Of a stretch of 49,455 nt of DNA, positions 37,257 to 47,852 are shown piece after piece. Position numbers and translations under genes: made by a program. Below the pieces are notes generated by a model. It was not told the DNA's origin and searched no databases. It was given only the letters and a program-made list of their open reading frames with translations. The stretch is from NCBI GenBank assembly GCA_004376465.1, contig SOJU01000091.1, forward strand, positions 1 through 49,455, in the 5' to 3' direction. This DNA comes from Anaerolineales bacterium. Its GTDB lineage: Bacteria > Chloroflexota > Anaerolineae > Anaerolineales > E44-bin32. How positions within the stretch are numbered: position 1 is the first letter of the stretch; the number at the start of each line of letters is the position of its first letter.

Positions 37257-38600
37257 CTAACGTACCAATACCGCCTGGTCATAGCCGCGCAGCTTAAGCT
37301 CAGCCTCGATTGAGCGATACAAATCTCGAACGACGCCAACCACGATCAGCAAACCAGAAGATGAAACCAGCAATAACCCAGTATTCGAATCTCCCATGGG
37401 CCAGATCAGTCCCACTAAAAATGGCATAATTGCCACAATACCCAGGAAGAACGCGCCCACAAACGTGATCCGCCGCATCACGCGCGTCAGATAGCGCTGC
37501 GTGGCGGCGCCTTTCGTCACACCCGGGATCTGCGCACCGGATCGTTTCAGATTCTCGCCGTAATTCTGCTGCGAGAAGAGGACATCAGTGTAGAAGAAGG
37601 TAAAAGCCACAACCATCAGGAAGTATAGAATCCAGTAGATATCGCTGAAACCACCGAAGGTACTCTGAAGGAAGACTGCGATATTCTGAACGGTCACATT
37701 CTCTGAGCCGATGAAAAACTGCGCCAAAACTGCCGGGAAAGTCAGGATCGATTGTGCAAAGATGATCGGGATCATGCCCGCCATGTTGACCATCAATGGC
37801 AACGTGCCTTTAACAGGCATAGACATGCGATTTCCCACACGCCGTCCCGGGTACATTACAGGCACATTCCGACGGCCTTCCTGAACATAGACAATGACAA
37901 ATATCGTTGTTAAAGTTAGGAATACCAGGAAGATCGCCATAGGGATGACCTGCTGATAATTGCCGGTGAGCAGCTGGCCAACATTGCTCGGGATTCGAGT
38001 GACGATTCCAGAGAAAATGATCAACGAAAGCCCCTGATTCTTGATCCCGTACTCAGAGATAAGTTCTCCCAGCCAGATCGCGAACATCGTGCCCGCCGTC
38101 ATCGTCAAGATAGTTGTCATTGTGGCCAGGTTTAATCCTAATGGAGTATTGAGGATACTCCCGCCCTGCCCCGTGGCATATTGCTCAAAAAGCCGGATCT
38201 GACCTACAGCCTGCAGGGCTGCCATTGGCACCGCCAGATAATACGTCCATTTTTCCTGCCATTTGCGGGCTTCTCGGGGATCATCTTCCATGCGCCGCTG
38301 AAGCGCGGGGATGATGGGAACCAGAAGCTGCAGGATAATTTGCGCGGTGATGTAGGGATAGACACCCATGGCCAGGACAGAAAAATTCGATACAGTTCCG
38401 CCGGAAAGCAAGTCTAATAGACCGAATAGCGTCTGTCCTTGCCCCGAACCAGCCATCACACCTTCGATGGCTAAGCGGTTAATTCCCGGAACGGGAATAT
38501 GTGCCACAAATCGGTAGAGGATCAGCAGTAATATCGAAATCAGGATTCGATTACGAATATCCGATGATATGAATAGAAAGCGCCACGCGGAGCGTCGCAT
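37257..38600 (-). CDS. secY: Preprotein translocase subunit SecY
   Basis: 447 aa with ten helices. It carries typical SecY segments (LGIGPIITAS-like: MGVYPYITAQIILQLL). Confidence 0.95.
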   Translation of the reverse strand: MRRSAWRFLFISSDIRNRILISILLLILYRFVAHIPVPGINRLAIEGVMAGSGQGQTLFGLLDLLSGGTVSNFSVLAMGVYPYITAQIILQLLVPIIPALQRRMEDDPREARKWQEKWTYYLAVPMAALQAVGQIRLFEQYATGQGGSILNTPLGLNLATMTTILTMTAGTMFAIWLGELISEYGIKNQGLSLIIFSGIVTRIPSNVGQLLTGNYQQVIPMAIFLVFLTLTTIFVIVYVQEGRRNVPVMYPGRRVGNRMSMPVKGTLPLMVNMAGMIPIIFAQSILTFPAVLAQFFIGSENVTVQNIAVFLQSTFGGFSDIYWILYFLMVVAFTFFYTDVLFSQQNYGENLKRSGAQIPGVTKGAATQRYLTRVMRRITFVGAFFLGIVAIMPFLVGLIWPMGDSNTGLLLVSSSGLLIVVGVVRDLYRSIEAELKLRGYDQAVLVR

Positions 38601-38626
38601 CCCTTACTCCTTTTGAGCCACTGATT

Positions 38627-39076
38627 TCAAATCTCTAGCAGCTCGACCGTTCCACCCGCAGCTTCGATCTTCTTCTTTGCCCCTTGAGTGATCCGATGCA
38701 CATGGATCTTCAACGGCACTTTGATCTCTCCGCGGCCTAATAAAACCACCGGCTTTCGCGCATTACGCAGGATGCCAGCTTCTACAAGGCTATCCGGGGT
38801 AACTTCGGCGTCGGCCTTCAACTCCGACAGATTATCGAGATTCACCTCGTACCAAACAATGCGATTGATATTGGTAAACCCTCTTTTAAATGGGAGACTG
38901 CGGTAGAAAGGCAGATTCCCACCCTGGTGATATAACTTCCCGCCGGACCCGGAGCGAGCACCATATCCCTTTACGCCGCGTCCCGCTGTTTTCCCTTGTC
39001 CAGCCGATATTCCCCGGCCGACCCGCTTGCGGCGCTTTGTAGCGCCGTGGCGTGGTTGAAGATCGTGTAGTTTCAT
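38627..39076 (-). CDS. rplO: 50S ribosomal protein L15
   Basis: Starts MKLHDLQPRHGATKRRKRVGRGISAGQGKTAGRG. Confidence 0.95.
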   Translation of the reverse strand: MKLHDLQPRHGATKRRKRVGRGISAGQGKTAGRGVKGYGARSGSGGKLYHQGGNLPFYRSLPFKRGFTNINRIVWYEVNLDNLSELKADAEVTPDSLVEAGILRNARKPVVLLGRGEIKVPLKIHVHRITQGAKKKIEAAGGTVELLEI

Positions 39077-39082
39077 CGGTTG

Positions 39083-39280
39083 TTACTCCTCAACCTGTAC
39101 CAGGTGTTGAATTTTCGTGATCATGCCGCGCACTGCCGGGTTGTCATAATGCTCGACCGTTTGACGCAGCCGGCGCAACCCGAGGGCGCGAACGGTTCGC
39201 TTTTGTCGCTCAGAATACCCAATCGGGCTCTTCACCAACGTAATGCGCAAGGCTTTTCCCTTGCTTGCTCGTTTAGCCAT
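39083..39280 (-). CDS. rpmD: 50S ribosomal protein L30
   Basis: 65 aa with [25 protein letters not shown]. Confidence 0.93.
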   Translation of the reverse strand: MAKRASKGKALRITLVKSPIGYSERQKRTVRALGLRRLRQTVEHYDNPAVRGMITKIQHLVQVEE

Positions 39281-39809
39281 TGCGCTCTCGCTCCCAGAAG
39301 GGCATTAGTTGTCCCCGATCCTTACCCCGCTTTGCGGTTTCCTCCTCGATCCATTTAAGATCTTGGAGCCCTTTAATCGTCGCTCGCGCGACATTTAGGA
39401 CATTCGCGCTGCCAAGAGACTTCGTAAGAATGTTTTGCACTCCTGCAGCCTGTAATACAGCACGCACCGCACCACCGGCAATCACTCCTGTACCTGGAGA
39501 CGCGGGCTTCAACATGACGAGTGCTCCACCGTGTTTCGAGTTAACTTGATGAGGTATAGTCGACCCCACAAGAGAGATCAGGCGCATGTTCTTACGTGCT
39601 TTCTCGGCTGCTTTGCGGATGGCGTCCGGAACACCGCGCGCCTTTCCAACGCCGAGTCCCACCCGCCCCTTGTTGTCACCCACAACCACGGTGACACGGA
39701 ATGCAAAACGACGGCCACCCTTAACTACCTTAGCAACTCGGGAGATGTCAATTACTCGCTCGTCGAATTCATCACGATCGTCTTTACGATCCCGAAAGTT
39801 TTTTCTCAC
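39273..39809 (-). CDS. rpsE: 30S ribosomal protein S5
   Basis: 178 aa with [22 protein letters not shown]. Confidence 0.95.
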   Translation of the reverse strand: MRKNFRDRKDDRDEFDERVIDISRVAKVVKGGRRFAFRVTVVVGDNKGRVGLGVGKARGVPDAIRKAAEKARKNMRLISLVGSTIPHQVNSKHGGALVMLKPASPGTGVIAGGAVRAVLQAAGVQNILTKSLGSANVLNVARATIKGLQDLKWIEEETAKRGKDRGQLMPFWERERNG

Positions 39810-39828
39810 CGATCGCTCTCCTTATTCT

Positions 39829-40194
39829 TCAGAATTCAAGACCGGCTTCTCGAGCCGCCTCGGCTAGTGCCTTAATACGACCATGATAGCGGAAACCGCC
39901 ACGGTCAAAGACAACTTCTTTAATACCTTCTTTCTTCGCTTTTTTTGCCAGCTCCTGCCCTACTAATGCGGCCTGTTCTGTTTTGTTCAAATCCTTTAGC
40001 TTCGACCGAAGAGCCTGCTCTACGGTGGAGACCGCTGTAATTGTGTGCCCACGCTCATCGTCGATGACTTGTGCGTAGATCTGGTTTAAGCTCCGAAAGA
40101 CGTTCAAACGCGGACGTCCAGCGGTTCCCGAGACTTTTTTCCGCACCCGACCATGGCGTCGTATGCGCTTCTTATTTCTGCTTTCTTTCGCCAT
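39829..40194 (-). CDS. rplR: 50S ribosomal protein L18
   Basis: 121 aa with [20 protein letters not shown]...[26 protein letters not shown]. Confidence 0.95.
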   Translation of the reverse strand: MAKESRNKKRIRRHGRVRKKVSGTAGRPRLNVFRSLNQIYAQVIDDERGHTITAVSTVEQALRSKLKDLNKTEQAALVGQELAKKAKKEGIKEVVFDRGGFRYHGRIKALAEAAREAGLEF

Positions 40195-40196
40195 AA

Positions 40197-40745
40197 TTAC
40201 GCCATCACCTTACCGGCCTTACCGGCTTTACGACGGACATACTCGCCCTTATAACGGATTCCCTTACCTTTGTAAGGTTCCGGCGGGCGAATTTTGCGGA
40301 TGTCTGCAGTAACCCGGCCGACCAATTCTTTATCGATTCCCTTTACAATAATCGTTCGCGCGCGCGTGTCTACCTCGAATTCAATACCTTCGAGAGGCGA
40401 TACGCGCACGGGATGGGAGAAACCCACGTGCACGATGAGCTCCTTTCCTTCGAGCTCCGGTCGATAACCTACTCCTTCAATCTGAAGGGTTTTTTCAAAT
40501 CCCTCGCTCACGCCCACAACCATATTGTTGATCAGGGAACGAGTAAGACCATGAAATGCGCGCATCCGTGGCGCGTCCGAAGGTTTCTCAACCGTGATAA
40601 CCCCATCTTCAAGCTTGATTAACATCTCCGGTCGAAGCTCCCTCGTCAACTCACCCTTGGGACCTTTGACACGGACTTTTGTATTTTTAATCTCTGCTTG
40701 TACGCCATCCGGGATGACGATTGGCATACGACCGATTCTCGACAC
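40197..40745 (-). CDS. rplF: 50S ribosomal protein L6
   Basis: The canonical N-terminus (M)[14 protein letters not shown] starts at GTG 40745 after GGAGG. The tracked ORF extends to 40757. Confidence 0.92.
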   Translation of the reverse strand: MSRIGRMPIVIPDGVQAEIKNTKVRVKGPKGELTRELRPEMLIKLEDGVITVEKPSDAPRMRAFHGLTRSLINNMVVGVSEGFEKTLQIEGVGYRPELEGKELIVHVGFSHPVRVSPLEGIEFEVDTRARTIIVKGIDKELVGRVTADIRKIRPPEPYKGKGIRYKGEYVRRKAGKAGKVMA

Positions 40746-40885
40746 TTCAACCTCCATCCTTCATCATTCGAGGATTGCCTCCGCTCCATACCCACCCCAA
40801 ATTATCCTTCTCTCGTTCCTGCCGAGTCCCATGGGGCTTGGGAGAACTTCCTCGAATCGTGGGCATGATCTGGTGCGCTTTTATG

Positions 40886-41299
40886 CTACCAGACCTCGCA
40901 TAATACCTCTCCGCCCACGCCAAGTTGACGAGCGCGAACTCCAGTTACTACACCCTTGGGTGTTGTTAGGATTGCGATTCCCAATCCTGATTGCACCCAC
41001 GGAATCTCGCCCCGCCCGACATAAATGCGGCGGCCAGGCTTACTTACTCGTTTCAATCCGGTGATAACCGGTTTTCTGTCCCGGCGCTCACCAACATACT
41101 TGAGATTGATCCGCAGGGCATCCTGAGGTTTATCCTCAATAGACACCTGTTCGAACCCGTCGATAAAGCCTTCCTCAACGAGGATTTTAGCTAGCGCTAC
41201 TTTTATCTTAGAGCTCGGGATCGATACGTTCTGATTCCCCGCCATTACGGCGTTACGGATCCGAGTTAAAAAATCAGCAATAGGATCTGAGACACTCAT
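40886..41299 (-). CDS. rpsH: 30S ribosomal protein S8
   Basis: Starts [17 protein letters not shown]. Confidence 0.95.
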   Translation of the reverse strand: MSVSDPIADFLTRIRNAVMAGNQNVSIPSSKIKVALAKILVEEGFIDGFEQVSIEDKPQDALRINLKYVGERRDRKPVITGLKRVSKPGRRIYVGRGEIPWVQSGLGIAILTTPKGVVTGVRARQLGVGGEVLCEVW

Positions 41300-41321
41300 T
41301 AAAACCTCTCTCGATCAATTC

Positions 41322-41504
41322 TTACCAGGATGACTTCACGAGCCCTGGAATCTTACCGTCCAGCGCTTGTTCACGAAGGCAAATACGGCATAGCTGAAAA
41401 CGGCGGTAATAACCACGCGGCCGACCACAAATGCGGCAGCGATTGCGCACTCGGACCTTATACTTCCTGCGGGTTTCCCGTATCGGCATGCATGTCTTAG
41501 CCAT
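41322..41504 (-). CDS. rpsN: 30S ribosomal protein S14 type Z (zinc-binding)
   Basis: 60 aa: [45 protein letters not shown]... It has two CxxC pairs and overlaps the rplE end by 8 nt. Confidence 0.92.
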   Translation of the reverse strand: MAKTCMPIRETRRKYKVRVRNRCRICGRPRGYYRRFQLCRICLREQALDGKIPGLVKSSW

Positions 41505-42054
41505 AAACATCGCCTTTCCCAAAGGGCATTCCGAGTAATTGCAGCAGTCGGTGCCCAAGCTCATCGTCCGGTGCCGTTGTGACAAACGTGACTTCAAAAC
41601 CACGAACTTTGTCGATTTTGTCGTATGCGATCTCCGGAAAGATCAATTGCTCACGGATGCCCACTGTGTAGTTGCCCCGGCCATCAAAACTGTTGGGGGA
41701 TACACCACGAAAGTCACGTGTGCGAGGCATCGCAACGTTGACCAACCGATCGAAGAAAGACCACATACGTTCCCCTCGAAGGGTTACCTTTACGCCGATC
41801 GAACTCCCCTCGCGCAGTTTGAAGTTTGCAATGCTCTTGCGCGCTTTGGTCACGACAGGCTGTTGGCCGGTGATGATCGTCATATCGCCAACTGCGGCGT
41901 CAAGAGCCTTCGAGTTGTCAATCGCCTCACCGACACCGACATTTACTACAATCTTTTCAAGCTTTGGAACCATCATTCGGTTCTCAAGATTGAATTCCTT
42001 CATCAGCGTCGGGAGAAATTCCTTTTCGAATTGTTCTTTTAGATGATGTGCCAT
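41497..42054 (-). CDS. rplE: 50S ribosomal protein L5
   Basis: 185 aa with NVGVGEA, FKLREG and RDFRG motifs. Confidence 0.95.
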   Translation of the reverse strand: MAHHLKEQFEKEFLPTLMKEFNLENRMMVPKLEKIVVNVGVGEAIDNSKALDAAVGDMTIITGQQPVVTKARKSIANFKLREGSSIGVKVTLRGERMWSFFDRLVNVAMPRTRDFRGVSPNSFDGRGNYTVGIREQLIFPEIAYDKIDKVRGFEVTFVTTAPDDELGHRLLQLLGMPFGKGDVYG

Positions 42055-42077
42055 TCCGTTATGGCTCCCTCTTCCTT

Positions 42078-42410
42078 TTAGGAGTCGACGACCGCGTCAC
42101 ACTTCTTGCAATACCGTTGAGCTTTGCCATCGACCCGCCTAACTCCGATGCGTGTCGGCTGATTACACTTCGGGCAGATCAACGATACGTTCGAAATGTG
42201 GATCGGCGCTTCAAATTTAATAATTCCAGGGTTCATTGTCCGTCCACCAGCTTGAACCTGACGCTGATGTTTCTTGCGGATGTTAACACCCTGAACGACT
42301 ACCCTCGCCTTAGCGGGTAAGATACGGATCACTTCTCCCTGTGTGCCCTTATCTCGACCACTCATAATCTTCACTTGGTCCCCTCGTTTGATCCTTAACG
42401 TCTGAGCCAC
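42078..42410 (-). CDS. rplX: 50S ribosomal protein L24
   Basis: The likely GTG start at 42410 lies 9 nt after AGGAGG and gives (M)[26 protein letters not shown]. Confidence 0.92.
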   Translation of the reverse strand: MAQTLRIKRGDQVKIMSGRDKGTQGEVIRILPAKARVVVQGVNIRKKHQRQVQAGGRTMNPGIIKFEAPIHISNVSLICPKCNQPTRIGVRRVDGKAQRYCKKCDAVVDS

Positions 42411-42423
42411 CGCAACAAGCCTC

Positions 42424-42795
42424 CTATAGGACTTCCGGCGCAAGAGAAACAATCTTCGTGAACCCCTTCTCGCGCAACTCTCTGGCTACTGGGCCAAAGA
42501 TGCGTGTTCCCTTGGGGTTCCTGCCGTCGGTGTCCAGAATTACTACAGCATTGTCATCGAAGCGAATGTAGGAACCATCGTCTCGGCGGTACTCTTTTTT
42601 CGTCCTTACAATCACTGCTCGGACGATGTCACTCTTACTCACTGCTCCATGCGGAGTCGCCGTTTTAATTGTTCCAACAATAATATCGCCTACTCGGCCA
42701 TAGCGCTTTTTTGAGCCGCCGAGGACTCGGATAACGAGCAGTTCCCGGCCGCCTGTATTATCAGCCACTTTGAGACGGCTTTCTTGCTGGATCAT
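42424..42795 (-). CDS. rplN: 50S ribosomal protein L14
   Basis: Starts [28 protein letters not shown]. Confidence 0.95.
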   Translation of the reverse strand: MIQQESRLKVADNTGGRELLVIRVLGGSKKRYGRVGDIIVGTIKTATPHGAVSKSDIVRAVIVRTKKEYRRDDGSYIRFDDNAVVILDTDGRNPKGTRIFGPVARELREKGFTKIVSLAPEVL

Positions 42796-43103
42796 GCTTC
42801 CGCCTCCACGTCCACTTCATCCTCTGTTTCCACAGCGCTCACACTGGCTTCCAACTCGCTCTGGCGTTGAAGAATCTCCTCCACCACCCAGCGTTTCCGC
42901 TTCGAGATTGGGCGGCTCTCGATCATTTTCACCTGGTCCCCAATGTGGCAACCCAGTTCATCATGGGCAAGATAATTTTTATTAGTGCGGAGCACCTTCC
43001 CATAAAGTGGATGTCGGGAGCTGCGGTCAATCCGTACGGTCACTGTCTTCTCAGATTTTATTCGTGTGACCACACCAATCAAGCGGCGTCGCGTATTGGT
43101 CAT
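42792..43103 (-). CDS. rpsQ: 30S ribosomal protein S17 with an acidic C-terminal tail
   Basis: [27 protein letters not shown]. The tail is ...[15 protein letters not shown]. Confidence 0.93.
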   Translation of the reverse strand: MTNTRRRLIGVVTRIKSEKTVTVRIDRSSRHPLYGKVLRTNKNYLAHDELGCHIGDQVKMIESRPISKRKRWVVEEILQRQSELEASVSAVETEDEVDVEAEA

Positions 43104-43315
43104 TTTTCACTTCCTTCGCTCTCGATACCTAGCTCTCGTTCATGCAATATCGTCGCAAGTCTCGCTATCTCCCTGCGGGCGATTTTCAAACGAGTGTGAT
43201 CTGTCAATTGCCCTGTCGTAAACCGAAAGCGCAGCTTGAAGTAATCCTCTCGAGCATCGTCGAGATAGGTTTGAATTTTTTCGGTGGATGCTTTCCGGAT
43301 TTCTGCCGTCTTCAT
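43100..43315 (-). CDS. rpmC: 50S ribosomal protein L29
   Basis: 71 aa. MKTAEIRKASTEKIQTYLDDAREDYFKLRF. Confidence 0.92.
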   Translation of the reverse strand: MKTAEIRKASTEKIQTYLDDAREDYFKLRFRFTTGQLTDHTRLKIARREIARLATILHERELGIESEGSEK

Positions 43316-43318
43316 CGC

Positions 43319-43741
43319 TTATCCCCTCCCAAGTGAATCACGCGAGGTGAACTTGGTTTTAACCGAGAGTTTATGCGTGGCCAAGCGCATCGCTTCCTTG
43401 GCTGCTTCTTCGTCCAAACCAGAGAGTTCAAACATGATTCTTCCCGGCTTTACAACTGCCACCCAATGATCAACAGCGCCCTTCCCTTTTCCCATGCGGG
43501 TCTCGGCCGCTTTCTGCGTCACCGGTTTATCTGGGAAAATTCGAATCCATACTTTCCCACGCCGGCGCATATATCGAACCAACGCCCTTCGGGCAGCCTC
43601 AATTTGGCGCGCAGTCACCCAACCGGGTTCGAGCGCTTGCAAGCCATAGTCGCCGAAAGTAACTTCCGTCCCGCGGCTTGCTTTCCCTTTCATCCGCCCG
43701 CGCATTTGCTTTCTATGTTTAGATCGCTTTGGCATCAACAT
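43319..43741 (-). CDS. rplP: 50S ribosomal protein L16
   Basis: The canonical [16 protein letters not shown] start is at ATG 43741 after GAGGTG. The tracked ORF begins 6 nt earlier. Confidence 0.94.
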   Translation of the reverse strand: MLMPKRSKHRKQMRGRMKGKASRGTEVTFGDYGLQALEPGWVTARQIEAARRALVRYMRRRGKVWIRIFPDKPVTQKAAETRMGKGKGAVDHWVAVVKPGRIMFELSGLDEEAAKEAMRLATHKLSVKTKFTSRDSLGRG

Positions 43742-43774
43742 CGCCACACCTCATCGCTCAGGAAATGAGACATC

Positions 43775-44449
43775 TCACTCGCTGACGTACACATCCATCG
43801 CTTCCGACTCTTTTAAAGCTTCCGGTAATATCTCGCCTTTATAAATCCATACCTTGACCCCAATGCGGCCGTAGCTCGTCCCGGCATCAACGCGAGCAAA
43901 GTCTATGTCCGCTCGCAGCGTTTGCGCTGGAACACGTCCCTCACGCATCCACTCACGGCGAGCCATTTCATTGCCACCCAAGCGCCCCGAGCACATTACC
44001 TTAATGCCCTCAGCCCCTTGCCTCATTGTCTGCCCGATTGCCCGCTGCATCGCCCGGCGATGGCTGATGCGTCGCTCGAGCTGATTAGCGATGTTCTCTG
44101 CTACCAGGCGAGCATCGAGATCAGGTTCTTTGATTTCAGAAATATCGAGCTTCACAGTTGTGCCTGTCAACTCCTGAATCATGCGGCGCAGTTCCTTCAC
44201 GTTCGCACCCTTCCGGCCGATGACAATCCCCGGCCGAGCCGTGTGAACGGTGATCTGGACGCTGTTCGGGAAGCGCTCGATTTCAATTTTCGAAATGCCC
44301 GCCCGCGGCGTGGCTTTGAATATCACATTACGAATCTCACGATCTTCGTGCAATTGATCTGCATATTTATCTGGCGTTGCAAACCAACGGGAGTCCCAGG
44401 TTTTATTGATCCCCAGACGAAAACCTATTGGATGGACTTTGCGCCCCAT
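43775..44449 (-). CDS. rpsC: 30S ribosomal protein S3
   Basis: Starts MGRKVHPIGFRLGINKTWDSRWF. Confidence 0.95.
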   Translation of the reverse strand: MGRKVHPIGFRLGINKTWDSRWFATPDKYADQLHEDREIRNVIFKATPRAGISKIEIERFPNSVQITVHTARPGIVIGRKGANVKELRRMIQELTGTTVKLDISEIKEPDLDARLVAENIANQLERRISHRRAMQRAIGQTMRQGAEGIKVMCSGRLGGNEMARREWMREGRVPAQTLRADIDFARVDAGTSYGRIGVKVWIYKGEILPEALKESEAMDVYVSE

Positions 44450-44549
44450 ATTATCTCCTTTCCCTCAAATCCTTACTATTCTCCCTGCCTCGAGCTGGAT
44501 AGTATCTCACAGAGATTGCCTCCCGCTCATGGTCAGGCGTAGGTTCTTC

Positions 44550-44909
44550 TCAGACCGCCTCAGCCTCGCGCTCGCGGAGGATGACGCTAATATGTGAAGA
44601 GCGTCGTAACAATGGTTTGAACCGTCCGCGTGCGCCGAAACGCCTCCAACGGCGGGTAGGACCAACATCAGCATAAATGGTGTGCACAAAGAGATCATTT
44701 CTGCTAAGACCCATGTTCTCCTCGGCGTTCGCCACAGCGGAGCGAAGCAGTTTATAGACTGGCTTGGCTGCAGCTTTCTGCTCAAACCGTAATGCGCTCA
44801 TCGCCTCAACGACATTCATACCGCGTACAAGATCGATGACCAACCGCACTTTCTGCGGTGATATCGAGACATATCGAACATTAGCTCGCACATCGACAGG
44901 ATCTATCAT
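44550..44909 (-). CDS. rplV: 50S ribosomal protein L22
   Basis: 119 aa. [29 protein letters not shown]. Confidence 0.94.
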   Translation of the reverse strand: MIDPVDVRANVRYVSISPQKVRLVIDLVRGMNVVEAMSALRFEQKAAAKPVYKLLRSAVANAEENMGLSRNDLFVHTIYADVGPTRRWRRFGARGRFKPLLRRSSHISVILREREAEAV

Positions 44910-45196
44910 GCTTCTTCCCTCGTGCGAGTGGTCCTATCTCTCCCAACATGTCCTCGAAAAGTCCGGGTGGGCGCGAATTCCCCCAGCTTATGCCCAACCA
45001 TATTCTCGGTGATGTAGATCGGCACATGGCGCCGGCCATCATGCACGGCGAGCGTATGACCGACCATTTGCGGGAAGATGGTGCTCGCCCGACTCCACGT
45101 TCGGATGACCGTCTTATCGCCGCGCTCGTTCATCTCTTCAACTTTTCTTAGTAACTTCGGGTCAATAAAGGGACCCTTTTTCAATGATCTAGACAT
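44906..45196 (-). CDS. rpsS: 30S ribosomal protein S19
   Basis: [19 protein letters not shown]...[16 protein letters not shown]. Confidence 0.95.
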   Translation of the reverse strand: MSRSLKKGPFIDPKLLRKVEEMNERGDKTVIRTWSRASTIFPQMVGHTLAVHDGRRHVPIYITENMVGHKLGEFAPTRTFRGHVGRDRTTRTREEA

Positions 45197-45230
45197 TCTT
45201 ATTCGCCTCCACCGTCTATGATTTTAAAAG

Positions 45231-46067
45231 CTAACGGCGACGCTTTGATCGGTGACGGATGATGTATTTCTCCGTGCGTTTATTCTGGCGTGTCTTCTTA
45301 CCCAACGTTGGCTTACCCCACGGGCTTTTCGGTCCGGGCAAACCAATCGGGGATCTTCCCTCGCCGCCACCATGAGGGTGATCGCGCGGGCTCATCGCTG
45401 ATCCACGCACTGCGGGCCGGATTCCCCGATGACGCTTACGCCCGGCCTTTCCTAATTTAATGTTGCCATGATCGGGGTTGCCGACTTCTCCAACGGTTGC
45501 GTAGCATGTCTGCCGAACTCTGCGTACTTCGCCTGAGGGCAGACGGATTGCCGCATAGGCGCCTTCTTTACCCAGCAACTGTGCTGAGGTGCCTGCGGAT
45601 CTCACCATCTGGCCGCCACGCCCTTCGCGCAACTCAATGTTGTGAATAGTAGTTCCCAATGGGATACTCGCTAGTGGTAGGCTGTTACCCGGGCGAATTT
45701 CCACCTTGGGACCGGCAAGCACAGTATCGCCGACTTGCAATCCCAAAGGCGCGAGGATGTATCGTTTCTCGCCATCGTTATAGTGGAGAAGAGCCAGACG
45801 GGCAGAGCGATTGGGGTCGTATTCAATCGCAGCCACTAGAGCTGGTATTTCTCGCTTATTCCGCTTGAAGTCGACCTTGCGAATATGGCGTTTATGCCCG
45901 CCTCCGCGATGTCGAACGGTGATACGCCCCGTATTATTACGCCCTGCATAGCGTTTCCTGGCGATCAGAAGCGAAGCCTCAGGCTTGGTCTTCGTGATCT
46001 CCTCAAATGTATGTCCGCTCATTCCCCGGCGACCGGGTGATGTGGGTTTATATTTTTTTACCGGCAT
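45231..46067 (-). CDS. rplB: 50S ribosomal protein L2
   Basis: 278 aa. [17 protein letters not shown]...[11 protein letters not shown]. Confidence 0.95.
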   Translation of the reverse strand: MPVKKYKPTSPGRRGMSGHTFEEITKTKPEASLLIARKRYAGRNNTGRITVRHRGGGHKRHIRKVDFKRNKREIPALVAAIEYDPNRSARLALLHYNDGEKRYILAPLGLQVGDTVLAGPKVEIRPGNSLPLASIPLGTTIHNIELREGRGGQMVRSAGTSAQLLGKEGAYAAIRLPSGEVRRVRQTCYATVGEVGNPDHGNIKLGKAGRKRHRGIRPAVRGSAMSPRDHPHGGGEGRSPIGLPGPKSPWGKPTLGKKTRQNKRTEKYIIRHRSKRRR

Positions 46068-46369
46068 TAAAGAACCCCTTCGAACACATCAATGTTGTCC
46101 CCTGGTTTCAGAGTAACAATCGCTTTCTTGTATCCGCCTCGCCGCACTTGGCGTCGGCGGTTCCGCAAACTACGCGCCACCTTTGCAGGTCGATTTATTA
46201 CATTCACGCGCAGGACCGTTACATCAAACATCGCCTCAACTGCTTCTTTGATCTGCTGCTTATTAGCTTTCGAACCAACTTCAAAAGTGAATTGATTCAG
46301 ATTACTGCTCTGAAAGCTCGTCTTCTCCGTAATAAGCGGGCGACGCAGGATATCGTATATTGTTGTCAT
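46067..46369 (-). CDS. rplW: 50S ribosomal protein L23
   Basis: 100 aa. [12 protein letters not shown]...[22 protein letters not shown]. Confidence 0.94.
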   Translation of the reverse strand: MTTIYDILRRPLITEKTSFQSSNLNQFTFEVGSKANKQQIKEAVEAMFDVTVLRVNVINRPAKVARSLRNRRRQVRRGGYKKAIVTLKPGDNIDVFEGVL

Positions 46370-46380
46370 CTCGACGCTCC

Positions 46381-47004
46381 TCAGCTGCCCAGATACGCCT
46401 GGATCACATCCAGCACGTCCAGCGGCATGATCAACCGTTCGTATCCCAGCAAATCGCGAATATTTAAATAATTAGCTCGCAATGTTTTAACTTTCTGCAG
46501 GTTGCGCGCCGACAACTCAACATTGGTATTCTCGCCCGACAGGATGATCAATGTGCTTGACTGTCCAGCGATTCGATTGATCACCTCTACCATTTCTTTC
46601 GTCTTCGGCGCAGCCATTGAGAACTTATCAAGCACAATGATCTCATTTTGAGCAGCTTTAACCGACAGTGCAGAGCACAAAGCCGCCCGGCGCATTTTTC
46701 GGGGCATTTTCTTGCTGTAATCACGCGGCCGAGGCGTATGAGCTCCCCCACCACCAACCCAGATTGGCGAACGGCGCGATCCATGGCGAGCTCGTCCTGT
46801 GCCTTTTTGACGCCACGGTTTCGCACCACCACCACGAACTTCGCTACGCGACTTGGTCTTGTGGGTCCCCAACCGAGCATTGGCAAGCTGTCGAACGAGT
46901 GCCTGATGCATCAGATCACGCTTAATCGGCGCTTCAAAGATCTGCGGAGGGAGCTCCGTGGTATCTATTTTCTTTCCTTTAATGTCAATAACGTCTACTT
47001 TCAT
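46381..47004 (-). CDS. rplD: 50S ribosomal protein L4
   Basis: 207 aa. RSEVRGGGAKPWRQKGTGRARHGSRRSPIWVGGG. Confidence 0.95.
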   Translation of the reverse strand: MKVDVIDIKGKKIDTTELPPQIFEAPIKRDLMHQALVRQLANARLGTHKTKSRSEVRGGGAKPWRQKGTGRARHGSRRSPIWVGGGGAHTPRPRDYSKKMPRKMRRAALCSALSVKAAQNEIIVLDKFSMAAPKTKEMVEVINRIAGQSSTLIILSGENTNVELSARNLQKVKTLRANYLNIRDLLGYERLIMPLDVLDVIQAYLGS

Positions 47005-47021
47005 CGCTCGCTCCGGAGGAC

Positions 47022-47651
47022 CTATTGCTTACGTACTTCTTTGATCATGACTACGCTGCCCCGAGCACCCGGTACACTTCCGCGAACACCGAGTAAATTA
47101 CGCTCAGGGTCAATCAATTCCACGCGTATATTCTGAGATGTCACCCGTGCTGTACCCATGTGTCCCGGCATTTTCTTTCCCTTAAAAACTCGACCGGGGG
47201 TTGAACCTGCGCCCGCTGATCCAGGGGCACGTTCACGATCAGACTGGCCATGCGTCTTGGGTCCCCTGTGAAATCTATGGCGTTTAATACCACCGGCAAA
47301 CCCTTTGCCCTTGCTCATGCCGGTGATGTCTACAAAATCCCCAACCTGAAAAACGTCTACCTTGAGCTGATCCCCTTCTTTCAGATCTTCGACCGATTTC
47401 ACCCTGAACTCACGTAGATAGCGCAGCGGCGGCAAATCGTTCTTCTTCAGATGACCTAATTGACCACCTGAGAGGTGCTTGGGTTTGGCTTCACCAAAAC
47501 CGAGCTGAACGGCTTTATAGTGATCGCGCTTTGGGTGGCGAATGATCGTGACATAACAGGGCCCAGCTTCGATTAGCGTAACCGGGACAATATTGCCCGA
47601 TTCATCGAAAACCTGGGTCATGCCGACTTTCTTTCCAATAAGCCCTTTCAT
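47022..47651 (-). CDS. rplC: 50S ribosomal protein L3
   Basis: MKGLIGKKVGMTQVFDESGNIVPVTLIEAGPC. Confidence 0.95.
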   Translation of the reverse strand: MKGLIGKKVGMTQVFDESGNIVPVTLIEAGPCYVTIIRHPKRDHYKAVQLGFGEAKPKHLSGGQLGHLKKNDLPPLRYLREFRVKSVEDLKEGDQLKVDVFQVGDFVDITGMSKGKGFAGGIKRHRFHRGPKTHGQSDRERAPGSAGAGSTPGRVFKGKKMPGHMGTARVTSQNIRVELIDPERNLLGVRGSVPGARGSVVMIKEVRKQ

Positions 47652-47852
47652 TCTCTCTCTCCTATTTCAAGTTCCTTGACGGGACTGTCAGCCAGGGCTT
47701 GGCTGCATCATCCCCGATCACCGTGGAGTAAACCGCCAGGGAAAGGAAGCTCGGGTTGTTGTTCCATTCGCCCGTCCGGCTCTTACACGGCCACTTGCCA
47801 ACTCGTGCACCCTGGTGATTCTTCTGTTCTCAGGGGCACTCAAAATCAATTG

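Noticed and set aside
47652-47852. SRP RNA, RNase P or tmRNA hidden in the long ribosomal spacers.
   Set aside because: A GCAGCCAAGCC string loosely recalls the 4.5S RNA domain IV. The flanking conserved helices and the GGAA/GNAR loops are absent, and the lengths do not fit.
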